A DNA stretch of 64,000 nucleotides, taken from the NCBI GenBank assembly GCA_947039395.1, contig CAMQYS010000007.1:971-64970 (forward strand). The letters run 5' to 3'. The position numbers and the translations under genes are program-made. The stretch comes from an uncultured Deferribacteraceae bacterium. GTDB lineage: Bacteria; Chrysiogenota; Deferribacteres; Deferribacterales; Mucispirillaceae. Below the pieces are notes generated by a model, which ran no database searches, was not told where the DNA came from, and worked only from the letters and a program-made list of their open reading frames with translations. How positions within the stretch are numbered: position 1 is the first letter of the stretch; every line of letters begins with the position of its first letter. Below, piece by piece: positions 10,307 to 21,565 of the stretch.

Positions 10307-11635
10307 TTACTCGATCTGTTCTCCTAATAAAGAGTTAGGTCTAGCTTCTAAAATTCTCACATTCACCATATCACCAAGTTTAAGCTCTTTAGTTGATGTA
10401 AATGCTACACCTCTATTTTGTTCAGTTAAGCCATGAAACTGGCTACTATCTTTACTTGATCTACCTGTAATTAATATCTCAAACTCTTCGCCTATAAGTT
10501 TCTCTAACTTACGTGTAACTATTTCATCTTTTAATACAAATAACTCTGCTAATCTTCTTGATTTTGTAGCCTTATCTAAACTATCACTAAAAGTTGCAGC
10601 TTTAGTCCCTGGACGTGATGAATATTTAAACGCAAATACATGATCGAACTCTGCATAAGAAATAAGATCTAACGATTGCTGAAACTCTTCCTCTGTTTCA
10701 TCTGGAAAACCTACTATAAAATCTGATGAAAAAGATATATTAGGAATAATTTTCTTTGCATAATCTATCTTTCTCTTATAGTCCTCTACTGTATAACACC
10801 TACTCATCTTCTCTAAAATATTATTAGAACCTGATTGTGCTGGTAGATGAATATATTTACAAACTTTATCTAATTTAGCGATAATATCTACTAACTCTTC
10901 ATCAAAATCTTTAGGGTGAGATGTTATAAATCTTATCCTCTTAACACCCTCAATATCATTCACATAACTTAATAGATCGCCAAAATCTGCAATGCTACCA
11001 TCAGTTAATTTACCTCTATATGAATTAACATTCTGTCCAAGCAACATAATCTCTTTACTGCCACCTGCAATAAGTGCTTTAACCTCATCAGTGATCTCTT
11101 TAACATCTCTTGATACTTCAACACCTCGTACATAAGGTACTATACAGTAAGTACAAAAATTTTCGCAACCTTTCATAATCGTAACTTGAGCTGATATTTT
11201 GCTCTTTCGTTTAAACTTCTCTATCACAAATGTTTCTGTCATTAAAGATGTATCAACAAACCTCTCTCCTGCTAATGCTCTATCTATTAGCTCATCAAAA
11301 TTTGCAACAGCATCTGTACCTATTACAAAATTTACTAACGGAAAAGCTTTTAAAAGTTTTTTGCCTTGATCTTGTGCAACACAACCTGTTAAACCGATAA
11401 TAACATCTCTATCATTTCTTTTAAGGTCTTTTGCGATTACACCTAAATAACTAGCAATCTTAATCTCTGGTTTTGCCCTAACGGAACAGGTGTTTAAAAT
11501 TATAACTGTTGCTTCTCTTGTATCTAATACTTGATAGTAACCTCTCATCTCTAACGATGATGATATCCTCTCTGAATCATACTCATTCATAGCACAACCG
11601 AACGTATATATATAATATCCTTTATTTAAATCCAT
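10307..11635 (-). CDS. miaB: tRNA-i6A37 methylthiotransferase
   Basis: FGCAMNEYDS (UPF0004 domain), GCENFCTYCIVPYVRG radical-SAM motif, C-terminal TRAM domain. Confidence 0.9.
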   Translation of the reverse strand: MDLNKGYYIYTFGCAMNEYDSERISSSLEMRGYYQVLDTREATVIILNTCSVRAKPEIKIASYLGVIAKDLKRNDRDVIIGLTGCVAQDQGKKLLKAFPLVNFVIGTDAVANFDELIDRALAGERFVDTSLMTETFVIEKFKRKSKISAQVTIMKGCENFCTYCIVPYVRGVEVSRDVKEITDEVKALIAGGSKEIMLLGQNVNSYRGKLTDGSIADFGDLLSYVNDIEGVKRIRFITSHPKDFDEELVDIIAKLDKVCKYIHLPAQSGSNNILEKMSRCYTVEDYKRKIDYAKKIIPNISFSSDFIVGFPDETEEEFQQSLDLISYAEFDHVFAFKYSSRPGTKAATFSDSLDKATKSRRLAELFVLKDEIVTRKLEKLIGEEFEILITGRSSKDSSQFHGLTEQNRGVAFTSTKELKLGDMVNVRILEARPNSLLGEQIE

Positions 11636-11639
11636 CTAA

Positions 11640-13073
11640 CTAATATGCACCTTTCCTTTTTATTACTACTGTTGGAGTTAAAAATAGTATCGTTAAATCC
11701 AACCAAACAGACCAGTTGAGAACGTACCATGTATCTCTTGAAATTCTATAATCGTAATCGGTATCACTTCTTCCAGATACCTGCCATAAACCAGTTATCC
11801 CAGGTCTTACGCATGTATAATATGTAGCGAACTCTTTATAATATTTATCTATCTCTTCTTTTATAACTGGACGTGGACCAACTAAACTCATATCTCCAAT
11901 TATAACATTAAGTATCTGAGGTAATTCATCTAATGATGTTTTACGTAAAAAATTACCCACTCTTGTAACCCTTGGATCATTCTTTAATTTATAAGAACTC
12001 TCCCACTCTGCCTTAGCTTCAAGATTGTTTTCTAAAATATCTTTTAACCGCTCTGTAGCATCAATATACATTGATCTAAACTTTATCACATTAATTGTTC
12101 TACCATTTCTACCTATCCTTGCATGAGTATAAAAAGGTTTGCCCTTTGATGTGATCATAATTACAGCAGCTATAATGGTAAAAAACGGAATAATAAAAGG
12201 TAGAGAAAGTATACATAAAAAAAGATCTATTGAACGTTTTAATACTCTATTGATATATGACTTAATATTATTATTTATCTCAAGATACGATAACTTATTC
12301 ATCAATGTTTCAACAGTTACAGCATTTGATAAAGCTAAACCCTCTGATGATGGAAGAAGAATAATTTTAGATAATGATATATGTAATCTACCCATTAACG
12401 AAGATAACATATCTCTCTCAATTGATGACTGTATAATAATAGCTACAGTTATATTATTCTCTTTTACAATCCTCTCTACATTATCAACTATACCTAAAAC
12501 ATCTTTATCAGAATTGTTACCCTCTTTCATCAAAACTTGTCCTTTGATATTAAGCGCTAAATTTTTCTCTTCATTAAACATTTTTAATATAGATTGATAC
12601 TCTGTACCACCACCTATAATGATAGTGCTATCGTTAAAATTACCCTCTTTATAGATAACCCTTTTAAATATATATCTAAAAGTTATCATCAAAATTACAG
12701 CGTATCCAAAAATCAATATTACCATTAATCTTGATATCTCGTCTGTTGATTTTGATATAGATACAAATGCAAAAACAAGTATAAAAGCGACTATATTTGA
12801 TTTAAATATATCTCGTGCTTCTAACCAAAAAGGCATTTTTTTTATATATAACCCATTAGATATAATGATAAGCATAAGAACAGCAAATACCCACCATAGA
12901 TTAAATATAAAATATCCAAAATTGAACTGTAATTCTATGATACCTATCATTTTTTCAGCCATTAAACGTGTAAAAAACGCAAGTACTACAGATACTATAT
13001 ATGCACTAAAATCAGTTAAAACAAGAGAAATAATATAGCCGATACGACTATAATTATTTAATGGTTTTCTCAT
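11640..13073 (-). CDS. polyprenyl-phosphate sugar phosphotransferase (WbaP/WcaJ-like initiating transferase)
   Basis: N-terminal TM helices plus C-terminal bacterial sugar-transferase motifs DELPQILNVIIGDMSLVGPRP and PGITGLWQV. Confidence 0.87.
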   Translation of the reverse strand: MRKPLNNYSRIGYIISLVLTDFSAYIVSVVLAFFTRLMAEKMIGIIELQFNFGYFIFNLWWVFAVLMLIIISNGLYIKKMPFWLEARDIFKSNIVAFILVFAFVSISKSTDEISRLMVILIFGYAVILMITFRYIFKRVIYKEGNFNDSTIIIGGGTEYQSILKMFNEEKNLALNIKGQVLMKEGNNSDKDVLGIVDNVERIVKENNITVAIIIQSSIERDMLSSLMGRLHISLSKIILLPSSEGLALSNAVTVETLMNKLSYLEINNNIKSYINRVLKRSIDLFLCILSLPFIIPFFTIIAAVIMITSKGKPFYTHARIGRNGRTINVIKFRSMYIDATERLKDILENNLEAKAEWESSYKLKNDPRVTRVGNFLRKTSLDELPQILNVIIGDMSLVGPRPVIKEEIDKYYKEFATYYTCVRPGITGLWQVSGRSDTDYDYRISRDTWYVLNWSVWLDLTILFLTPTVVIKRKGAY

Positions 13074-14008
13074 AATATATATCCGTTACTTTTCTCTAAA
13101 TTAACTATATATGACTTAATACCATCTTCTAGTGAGGTAAATGGTTTGCTATATCCTGTTGAAAGAAATCTACTCATATCCGCTTCTGTAAACTTTTGAT
13201 ACTTACCTTTTAAATCTTCTGGAAATGGAATATATTTTATCTTTTTATTACAGTAATCACTAACAACCTTCGCTATATCATAAAACGAACGTGCCTTACC
13301 TGTCCCTGTATTATATATCCCTGATATATTTCTATCCAATAAATACAAATTCATCTCAACTACATCTTTAACATATATAAAATCTCTTAAAAAGTTTTCA
13401 CTGCCCTCAAATATTTCAAGATCTTCTCCAGCTTTTGCTTGATGAAATAGTTTAAAAACCAGTGATGCCATTCTACCTTTATGATTCTCTTGTTCTCCAT
13501 AAACATTAAAATATCTTAGACCTGCAACTTGACTTTTAACACCTGATGCTAAAACTTTTCTAACATATTGATCAAATAAAAATTTTGAGTAAGCATAGAT
13601 ATTTAAAGGGTATTCATATTCGCTACTCTCTTTAAATCCATCTATTCCATTACCGTAAGTAGATGCACTTGATGCATATATAAATTTTACCTCATTATCA
13701 ACTGAAGCATCAAGAAGTTGTTTTGAATACTCATAATTATTTTTCATCATGTACCTACCGTTACTCTCAACCGTATCAGCACAAGCACCTTGATGAAAGA
13801 CAGCCTCTACTCTTTCATTCGATAGAAATGATGTAAAATCAAAATCTCGTTTATCTACAAAATCTAAAAATTTTAATCTATTTAAGTTAAGATGTTTATC
13901 TGCTTTTTCAAGGTTGTCTATTACTAATATATCTGATACGCCATGATCATTTAAACCCTTGATTATGTTTGAACCTATAAAGCCTGCACCACCTGTAACA
14001 ATTATCAT
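13070..14008 (-). CDS. hldD: ADP-L-glycero-D-manno-heptose 6-epimerase
   Basis: [18 protein letters not shown], full-length RfaD-like. 4-nt overlap with the downstream gene. Confidence 0.9.
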   Translation of the reverse strand: MIIVTGGAGFIGSNIIKGLNDHGVSDILVIDNLEKADKHLNLNRLKFLDFVDKRDFDFTSFLSNERVEAVFHQGACADTVESNGRYMMKNNYEYSKQLLDASVDNEVKFIYASSASTYGNGIDGFKESSEYEYPLNIYAYSKFLFDQYVRKVLASGVKSQVAGLRYFNVYGEQENHKGRMASLVFKLFHQAKAGEDLEIFEGSENFLRDFIYVKDVVEMNLYLLDRNISGIYNTGTGKARSFYDIAKVVSDYCNKKIKYIPFPEDLKGKYQKFTEADMSRFLSTGYSKPFTSLEDGIKSYIVNLEKSNGYIL

Positions 14009-14100
14009 AATTATACCCTCTATAAATTATATTATTACTCTGTCCTTATACTCTTAATATTTTATCAATAATATCTAATTATATTATCACTATAAATTTA

Positions 14101-15507
14101 CTAACTTGATATTTTATTAATTATATTTGTTGAGGAATACCCTTCTACAAAATCTATTAACTCAACTTTAGCTGCGTACTCTCTACCTACAACTTCTTCA
14201 AGTTTATAATCTCCACCCTTAACTAAAACATCAGGTTGAATCGTTTTGATCAACTCTATAGGTGTCTCATCATTAAAAATAATCACATGATCTATAAATG
14301 AAAATGCAGATAATAATGTGGCTCTGTCTGTTTGATTATTAATAGGTCTAGTATTACCTTTCAACACCTTGACAGACTTATCAGAATTAAGTCCAACGAT
14401 TAAAACATCACCAACTTCTTTTGCAGCTTGCAGATATTTTACATGTCCGATATGAAGAATATCAAAACAACCGTTAGTAAAAACAATCTTCTTGCCTCGA
14501 TCTCTATAATAAACTAAAACCTTATCTAAATTCTTTGTAGTAATCATTTTAGAGTGTTCGATAAGATTATAACTCTCTTTTAACTCATCAATCGTTATAG
14601 GCACAGTATGAGCTTTACCAACTACAATCCCTGCAGCTCTATTTGCAAGCTCGATAGTTTCTGTGATATCTTTATTTAATGCAAATGAAACAGCTAAAAT
14701 AGATACAACTGTGTCTCCTGCTCCTGAAACATCAAAAACCTCTTTCGACTCTGCTTTAAATGTTTTAGCGTAATCAGATGTTATAACAGTTATACCTTGA
14801 TCAGATCTTGTTACAATTAGATATTCAATATCATACCTATCTTTAATAAGTCTACCGTATTTATAAACATCTTCATCTGTATTTTTAATAGATATATTTG
14901 CAACCTCTGCCAACTCTTTAACATTAGGAGTTACAACTGTTGCTCCTTTATACTTTGTCCAATCATTACCTTTAGGATCAATAATTATTGGTTTTGAAAT
15001 CTTTTTTGCTTCTGATATAAGATACGTACATATCTCATCACAACAAAACCCTTTACCGTAGTCAGATATAATAATAACATCATTTAGTTTAAGATCGCTC
15101 TTAATAGTTTTTTTAATCTCTTTTATTGAAGTGCTATCAAGTACTATCTCATCTTCAAAATCTAGTCGTACTATCTGCTGTCTTGAACCGATAACTCTTA
15201 ATTTGCTTGTTGTGTTATGTTGAAAGTTATATAACTCATACGATACTTTTATATTATCAAGCATTTTTCTCAAAATCTTACCGTGAGCATCATCTCCTGC
15301 TAAGCCTAATAATCTAACATTCGCATTGATATGTGATAAGTTATTAGCAACATTACATGCACCACCTAATCTATTAGTGGTATCTCCAATCTTAACAACA
15401 GGTACAGGTGCTTCGGGAGATATCCTTGATACATCACCTGTATAATAAATATCTAACATCATATCACCAACAACTAATATATTTACAGTTGAAAAATTTA
15501 ATTTCAT
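14101..15507 (-). CDS. hldE: bifunctional D-beta-D-heptose 7-phosphate kinase / 1-phosphate adenylyltransferase
   Basis: N-terminal ribokinase-like domain (GAGDT) plus C-terminal cytidylyltransferase (TNGCFDILHIGH). Confidence 0.93.
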   Translation of the reverse strand: MKLNFSTVNILVVGDMMLDIYYTGDVSRISPEAPVPVVKIGDTTNRLGGACNVANNLSHINANVRLLGLAGDDAHGKILRKMLDNIKVSYELYNFQHNTTSKLRVIGSRQQIVRLDFEDEIVLDSTSIKEIKKTIKSDLKLNDVIIISDYGKGFCCDEICTYLISEAKKISKPIIIDPKGNDWTKYKGATVVTPNVKELAEVANISIKNTDEDVYKYGRLIKDRYDIEYLIVTRSDQGITVITSDYAKTFKAESKEVFDVSGAGDTVVSILAVSFALNKDITETIELANRAAGIVVGKAHTVPITIDELKESYNLIEHSKMITTKNLDKVLVYYRDRGKKIVFTNGCFDILHIGHVKYLQAAKEVGDVLIVGLNSDKSVKVLKGNTRPINNQTDRATLLSAFSFIDHVIIFNDETPIELIKTIQPDVLVKGGDYKLEEVVGREYAAKVELIDFVEGYSSTNIINKISS

Positions 15508-16256
15508 TGATTATTTCCATTATCTTTTAAAATATTCTTTAATTTATCTAATTTTATATTAGCATCTTTATAATCTATATAAGACTCATCAATCTTTGAG
15601 TACCAAAATATAGCATCACGTACTAAAAACAGATCTACTTCACTGATATTGTTAACAGTTTTTTCGTACTGTTTATTACCTAACTTATATGCTATATCAC
15701 TCTTTAATTGTATAACCTCTAAGCTAGGCTTACCTATGTATGTAAGTGAGTAATATGCTTTTTCAAACTCTCCTTCTTTTAGAAAGATAATACCTTTATC
15801 GTAATATCTTAAAGGGGCTTTCTCTATTATCTCATTTGCAACCGATACTACTTTTTTTTGTAACTCCATAGCTTCTTCATAATTTTCCGCTTTCTCAGAA
15901 ATACCATCAAGACTGATTAATGCTAGATCAACATATTCAGCAGCAGATATATAATCGTCTCTATCAGCTGCACCTAACGCTTTCTCATACGCTTCATTTG
16001 CCATAATAAGCAGTTCTTTATATCGTAAAAGTTGATAGACTATAGTTTTTAAGGCTAATACTTTTCTATTTGTTTTGCGTATATTATAAGCCTCAATTAA
16101 CTTATCATGAGCTCCTTCAATATCACCTTCATCGTATAGAATAACCGCCTCATCGTACAGTTTAAAATCCTCTCCATTAAAATATCTATATGTAAAATAT
16201 CCTACAGATAATAAAAAAACTGTTACGACTAATACAAATATAGATCTACCAATCAT
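15504..16256 (-). CDS. hypothetical membrane-anchored helical-repeat (TPR-like) protein
   Basis: N-terminal TM helix (IFVLVVTVFLLSVGYF), then repeated EA/Y-rich helical pairs. 4-nt overlap with hldE. Confidence 0.6.
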   Translation of the reverse strand: MIGRSIFVLVVTVFLLSVGYFTYRYFNGEDFKLYDEAVILYDEGDIEGAHDKLIEAYNIRKTNRKVLALKTIVYQLLRYKELLIMANEAYEKALGAADRDDYISAAEYVDLALISLDGISEKAENYEEAMELQKKVVSVANEIIEKAPLRYYDKGIIFLKEGEFEKAYYSLTYIGKPSLEVIQLKSDIAYKLGNKQYEKTVNNISEVDLFLVRDAIFWYSKIDESYIDYKDANIKLDKLKNILKDNGNNQ

Positions 16257-16285
16257 CTCTCTCTCACTTAGTTGTAAATAATCTC

Positions 16286-17581
16286 TTACTTAGCTGTTAA
16301 TCTCTCAATATATCCTTTAAGATTAATATCTTCAACTCGCTTTATATAGCTTTCATATTCAGCCATATTTCCTTGTTGTGCATACACATACGCCATAAAT
16401 GCAAAATCCATCTGATCTATACCTTTACCCGCAAGAGAGATTATTAAATTATAATCTTTCTTATCTACAAAATGTTTATAGATAGATAACTTATCCTCAC
16501 AAGTATTAAAACGTTTAGCTGATGATGTAGTAAACAGATCTTTCTCTATAAAGTTACCTGTATATTTACAAACTTCTCGCATATTCTTACTATCTAAAGT
16601 ATCTATGAATATAGCGAATTTATCCTTATCACCGTTCTTAATTAAACATGAAGTAACTGTCTTTACAAGTGTTGCATTCTCTTTTGTAAGACACTTTTCA
16701 ATCAGATCGCACTCATACTTAACATCTATTCGACTACTTGACTCTATCATTCTGCAATACGATGCTTTAGATAATTTATAATCAGCTTTTATATCTCTAT
16801 CAAATACAGTTATATACTCTTTATAATTACCAGCGTCCCAAGACATATTTAATGCTAACTCTAGCGATTCGCTTGTCTTATATTCATTATATAATTTAAA
16901 AAAATCTTCTTTCATCTTATTGATATAGAAATATTTTGAGTAATAATTTAATACCTCTTCAGATTTTTCTGTATCTGATAGATTATCATAGACTACTAAA
17001 ACATACTCTGGGTTATCTTTTATCTTATTGATAAAGAAAAGTAACTCTCTTGGATCGTAACTTCTTTGAGCTACAGCGTCAGTTAACGGTTTATCAACTA
17101 CACACTCCGATTTAGTATAAAGTAGTAGCCCTGCATTCTCATCATCAATCAAAAACTGTTTAGCAAGATTGCAATCTGTTTTAAGAAGTAGAGACATCTT
17201 ATCACTCATAAGTTTCTCTGTGTTAAATCTATAATTTTTACTATCTTGAATTTTAAGTAAAGTATCTTTTGCACTTTCAAGATTACCTTCAGCTTGATAT
17301 ATTTGATATAAAATATATCGTGCAAAATCAGCCTCATCCCCTTGTCTATTCTTTGAAAGAAAAACCTCAAACGCTATCTTTGTAACATCAGTAAGTCCAT
17401 CTTCATACGCCTTTAATCCGACAAAATAATCTTCATCGTAAAATGATTCAGTATCGGTTTTTATAATAGACTTATTATCTGATTGCACATCTCCACTATC
17501 TATCTTAATGCTCTGATTAGAGTATAGATTAGATATAGAACTTATAAAAAAAGTAGTAACAAAAACAATTATTTTAAACAT
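16286..17581 (-). CDS. hypothetical secreted helical-repeat protein
   Basis: Signal-peptide-like MFKIIVFVTTFFISSISNLYS. TPR-like segments (YILYQIYQAEGNLESAKDTLLKI). 13-nt overlap with the upstream oxidoreductase. Confidence 0.6.
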   Translation of the reverse strand: MFKIIVFVTTFFISSISNLYSNQSIKIDSGDVQSDNKSIIKTDTESFYDEDYFVGLKAYEDGLTDVTKIAFEVFLSKNRQGDEADFARYILYQIYQAEGNLESAKDTLLKIQDSKNYRFNTEKLMSDKMSLLLKTDCNLAKQFLIDDENAGLLLYTKSECVVDKPLTDAVAQRSYDPRELLFFINKIKDNPEYVLVVYDNLSDTEKSEEVLNYYSKYFYINKMKEDFFKLYNEYKTSESLELALNMSWDAGNYKEYITVFDRDIKADYKLSKASYCRMIESSSRIDVKYECDLIEKCLTKENATLVKTVTSCLIKNGDKDKFAIFIDTLDSKNMREVCKYTGNFIEKDLFTTSSAKRFNTCEDKLSIYKHFVDKKDYNLIISLAGKGIDQMDFAFMAYVYAQQGNMAEYESYIKRVEDINLKGYIERLTAK

Positions 17582-20391
17582 TTTTCAATAACCTGTATCG
17601 GATGAATAACTTCCTTATTTCCTAAATGAGTCATCTGCATAGCGCAAGTTGGACAATCAGTTGCAGCGTATGAAACACTAGATTTATTCAATTTATTTAT
17701 CATAGGAGACGCTATATCAAGTGATTGAGCGTAGTTCTCCTTATATAACCCCCAACTACCTGCCATTCCACAACAAGAACTATTTAAATCGGTACTCTCA
17801 ACTCCATCAAGCTGATTAAGTACATCTATAGTTGAACTAGGGTTAGGAAGTAACTTCATGTGACAAGACATATGATAAACTAAATCAATATCATCTCTCT
17901 TCTCTATTCTATGAATATTATTAAGATCATCTTTAATAAGATCTGTAATATATATTATTTTTGACTTCACTTTATCAATATTGCTACCATCAAGACAGTA
18001 ACTCCACTCTTTATATAACGATAAAGCACAAGATGAACATGATGTAACAATATAATCTGCTTGATCTATATAATTACCCCACAGATCAAGGTTTTTCTTA
18101 ATCTGATTTCTTGTTTTATCCGCCATACCTTTTGATATATGTGGTATACCGCAACATGTTTGTTTAGGAACAATCACCGTATAACCTAACTCTTTCAACA
18201 CATTAATAGTAGACTCTGTAATCTCTGGCTTAATATATGATGCGTAACAACCTGCAAAATATATAACTGTTTTACCAGAATATATATCTTTATTATATTG
18301 AATATAATCTTTGATCGTTCTCTTACTAAAAGTTACCATCTTTCTTTCATGTGCAAGTCCAGTAAAGCGTTCCATTAATTTACGAACTTTAAGTGGTGAT
18401 GTTATTTTAGTAATAAGAGAACCAAATCTATGAAACAGCTTACCCATTAACTCAAACTTAGTCACTAAATGACTAGTTAATGAGGCACCATGCTTTTTAA
18501 AATACCTAGCCTTAACCTCTAAGGCTAATTTAGGGATATTAACTTTAGATGGACACTCAATAGAACAACTACCACAGTTGACACAATGATTAATAACATT
18601 CATAAACGGTTCATCAAACATAGCCATTTCAGGGTCTAACCTTCCAGATAAGTACGCTCGTAAAATATTAGCTTTAGCTTTAGGTGTTGCATTCTCATCT
18701 TTAGTAGACTTATATACAGGACACATTCTTGTTGCATTCGTAATAGTTGTACATTTAGAACAACCATGACATAACTCAGCCTCTTGTATAAATGAATTAT
18801 CATTCCATATAAGTTCGTATGCAGAACTATCTTCTGCCTTATACTCAATCCCGTAACGAAGATTTTTTGCCATTAAAGAAGCATCATCATTCGTTTTTAT
18901 ATCTGGATTAAATATCTTTTTCGGATCAAAATTGTTTTTCACTTTCAAAAATATATCATATATATCTTTATACTGTCTTGGTATATAGCAACTTCTTAAT
19001 CTACCATCTCCATGCTCTCCAGATATTGTTCCATTCAATCTACTTACAAGTTCATATATCTCATCTGCTAACGGTTTTAATAGTAACACATCACTTTTTT
19101 CTTTAAGATTTAATAACGGACGGGTATGAAGTAGCCCTTTAGCTATATGCCCATATGATACATAATCTACCTCATATTTAGCAAATATCTTTGCTATTCC
19201 TTTAAAGTATGCAGTAAGGGTCTTAGTAGGTACTGCTGCATCTTCAACAAGTGCAATTATCTTTTTATCACCCTTTAATTGATATAAAATAGGTACAGCT
19301 GACTTACGTACAGCAGATAGCTGTGCAACCTCTTTCTTATCAACAGCAAAATTAATATTTTTTGATAATTTTTTAGCTTTTATCAACTGCATAGATTTTT
19401 TAGCTTTTTCAACTACTTCTTTATCAGTATCGCCATCAAACTCTATAAGAAGAAGATTATCTATATCTGATGGGATTTTATCTTTCAACTCTGGTCTATA
19501 AGTAGAAGCTAGCGTAAGAAGGGTTTTATCCATTATCTCTATTGCTGCTGGATCAAACTCTAAGGCTACTTGACTTGCCTCAGCCGATAACTCTTTATCT
19601 TTAAAATATCCAACTAGTAGAGATGAGAAAGGTTTCTTCTTTAATAAAGAAAATTTCAACTGTGTAACAATTCCAAATGTTCCTTCAGATCCACCTATTA
19701 ACTTATGAAGAAATAAACGGCTATCTCTAATTACATCTCTTAACTCGTAACCTGAAACATTACACTTGATCGGAGGATAAGATTTATTAATTAACTCTAT
19801 ATTTTTTGATATAGAAGAATACACATCTTTAAGTATTTTAGGAAGATCTTCAATATTCATATCTGCTACATCTGAAAATCTATGTATCGATCCATCTGAT
19901 AAAACTATCTCTGCATCCATCATATAATCTGATGTATTACCGTATTTAACAGAGTACTCTCCACCTGCATTAGTTGCATACATTCCACCAAATGTTGCAT
20001 ACTCTCCTGATGATGGAGCTGCTGGAAAAAATATACCTGTACCATTAAGCGCTATCTCTAACTCTCCATGTCTATATCCAGGCTCACAGGTGAAATGATT
20101 ACTGTTTAAATCTAAACTCAATAACCTATTCATATATTTCGTAAAATCTATTATAAGTCCACTACCAACAGCTGATCCACATAAACCAGAACCTGCTCCC
20201 CTTGGATGAACTGAGATTTTATTTTCTACTGCAAACTTTACAGCTTTAGCTACATCGTAAGCATCTTTAGGATATAAAACAGCTAAAGGTTTTACCATAA
20301 ATATAGACGCATCTGTAGAAAGTTCTACACGTTTAATCTCATCGGTGTGAAGGTCTCCCTTAATGCTCTCTTTTAATTTATCAAAATTCAT
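17569..20391 (-). CDS. FAD-linked oxidase fused to Fe-S/CCG domains (GlcD-GlcF fusion, YdiJ-like 2-hydroxyacid dehydrogenase)
   Basis: FAD_binding_4-type N-terminus (HPRGAGSGLCG). CHGCSKC...CPV and CVNCGSCSIECPS 4Fe-4S motifs. Two CCG motifs (CCGIPH, CCGMAGS). ATG at 20391 (MNFDKLKE) has an AGGTAG SD. Confidence 0.85.
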   Translation of the reverse strand: MNFDKLKESIKGDLHTDEIKRVELSTDASIFMVKPLAVLYPKDAYDVAKAVKFAVENKISVHPRGAGSGLCGSAVGSGLIIDFTKYMNRLLSLDLNSNHFTCEPGYRHGELEIALNGTGIFFPAAPSSGEYATFGGMYATNAGGEYSVKYGNTSDYMMDAEIVLSDGSIHRFSDVADMNIEDLPKILKDVYSSISKNIELINKSYPPIKCNVSGYELRDVIRDSRLFLHKLIGGSEGTFGIVTQLKFSLLKKKPFSSLLVGYFKDKELSAEASQVALEFDPAAIEIMDKTLLTLASTYRPELKDKIPSDIDNLLLIEFDGDTDKEVVEKAKKSMQLIKAKKLSKNINFAVDKKEVAQLSAVRKSAVPILYQLKGDKKIIALVEDAAVPTKTLTAYFKGIAKIFAKYEVDYVSYGHIAKGLLHTRPLLNLKEKSDVLLLKPLADEIYELVSRLNGTISGEHGDGRLRSCYIPRQYKDIYDIFLKVKNNFDPKKIFNPDIKTNDDASLMAKNLRYGIEYKAEDSSAYELIWNDNSFIQEAELCHGCSKCTTITNATRMCPVYKSTKDENATPKAKANILRAYLSGRLDPEMAMFDEPFMNVINHCVNCGSCSIECPSKVNIPKLALEVKARYFKKHGASLTSHLVTKFELMGKLFHRFGSLITKITSPLKVRKLMERFTGLAHERKMVTFSKRTIKDYIQYNKDIYSGKTVIYFAGCYASYIKPEITESTINVLKELGYTVIVPKQTCCGIPHISKGMADKTRNQIKKNLDLWGNYIDQADYIVTSCSSCALSLYKEWSYCLDGSNIDKVKSKIIYITDLIKDDLNNIHRIEKRDDIDLVYHMSCHMKLLPNPSSTIDVLNQLDGVESTDLNSSCCGMAGSWGLYKENYAQSLDIASPMINKLNKSSVSYAATDCPTCAMQMTHLGNKEVIHPIQVIEKCLK

Positions 20392-20578
20392 TATATATCT
20401 ACCTATTAAATAAAATATTCTTTCTAGTCTATAACTATCATCAATAATAATCAAGTACTTTCAACTATTAAAAACTTCTATAAATTAACGAATAAACACC
20501 AACCATTATAATTGTTTGTATATCGTGGATATATAATTTCTATTTTCATTTAATTGAAATTAGTTTATCTTAACAATT

Positions 20579-21565
20579 ATGAATAAAAGAATAAACATAG
20601 GTTTAACATTAGGCGATCCTGCTGGAATAGGTTATGAAGTCACTTTAAAGTTTCTTAGACAACTGTATTATACAGATATTTCAAATATAGATTATGATAT
20701 TACTCTGTTTTGCCATAGATTTATACTAGATAAAGTGGTAAGCGATATATTTAATAATAACTATCCTTCTGATCTTTTTAATCAGTTGAAGATTATAGAA
20801 CCTAATAACTTTAACGAATTTAATTTTACATATGGTGAGAACTCAATCGAATGTGGTGATGCTTCAATGCAGTATATTAAAAAAGCAGTTGAGTATGTAG
20901 AGAATGGTTATATTGATGCAATTGTTACTCTACCGATAAATAAATATTCTATCAGTCTTGCTGGATATGATTTTATTGGACATACAGAATATCTAGCTCA
21001 TCTTACCTGTTCTAAAGATATATCAATGATGATGATATCGAACAATTTTAAAATTGTACTTGTAACAACTCATCTACCACTAAAAGATGTTGCAAAAGCT
21101 ATCACAAAACAGAAAATAGTAACAGCTATTGAAAATGCTCATAAAGCTGGAAGGTATTTTAATATTAATAAACCAAAAATCGCTGTTTGTTCACTTAACC
21201 CTCATGCAGGCGATAATGGAGCAATAGGCGTTGAAGAAATTAATCTTATCAACCCTACGGTAAAGGAAACTTATGAAAACGGTATTGATGTATACGGCTC
21301 ATTCCCTGCTGATACTATCTATACAGATAAAGCCTACGATTTCTTTATAGCGATGTACCATGATCAAGCATTGATACCTATAAAAATAAACTCGTTCGGC
21401 GAAGCTGTAAATGTTACGCTTGGATTAAATATTATAAGAACATCTGTTGATCACGGAACTGCTTTTAATATTGCAGGTCAAGGAGTAGCATCTATATCTT
21501 CGCTTACAAAAGCTATAGATGTCGCAAAAATAATGATAATTAATAAAAAAGTAGATACTCAATAA
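20579..21565 (+). CDS. pdxA: 4-hydroxythreonine-4-phosphate dehydrogenase
   Basis: GDPAGIG, GHTEYLA, NPHAGDNG, HGTAF motifs. Confidence 0.9.
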   Translation: MNKRINIGLTLGDPAGIGYEVTLKFLRQLYYTDISNIDYDITLFCHRFILDKVVSDIFNNNYPSDLFNQLKIIEPNNFNEFNFTYGENSIECGDASMQYIKKAVEYVENGYIDAIVTLPINKYSISLAGYDFIGHTEYLAHLTCSKDISMMMISNNFKIVLVTTHLPLKDVAKAITKQKIVTAIENAHKAGRYFNINKPKIAVCSLNPHAGDNGAIGVEEINLINPTVKETYENGIDVYGSFPADTIYTDKAYDFFIAMYHDQALIPIKINSFGEAVNVTLGLNIIRTSVDHGTAFNIAGQGVASISSLTKAIDVAKIMIINKKVDTQ

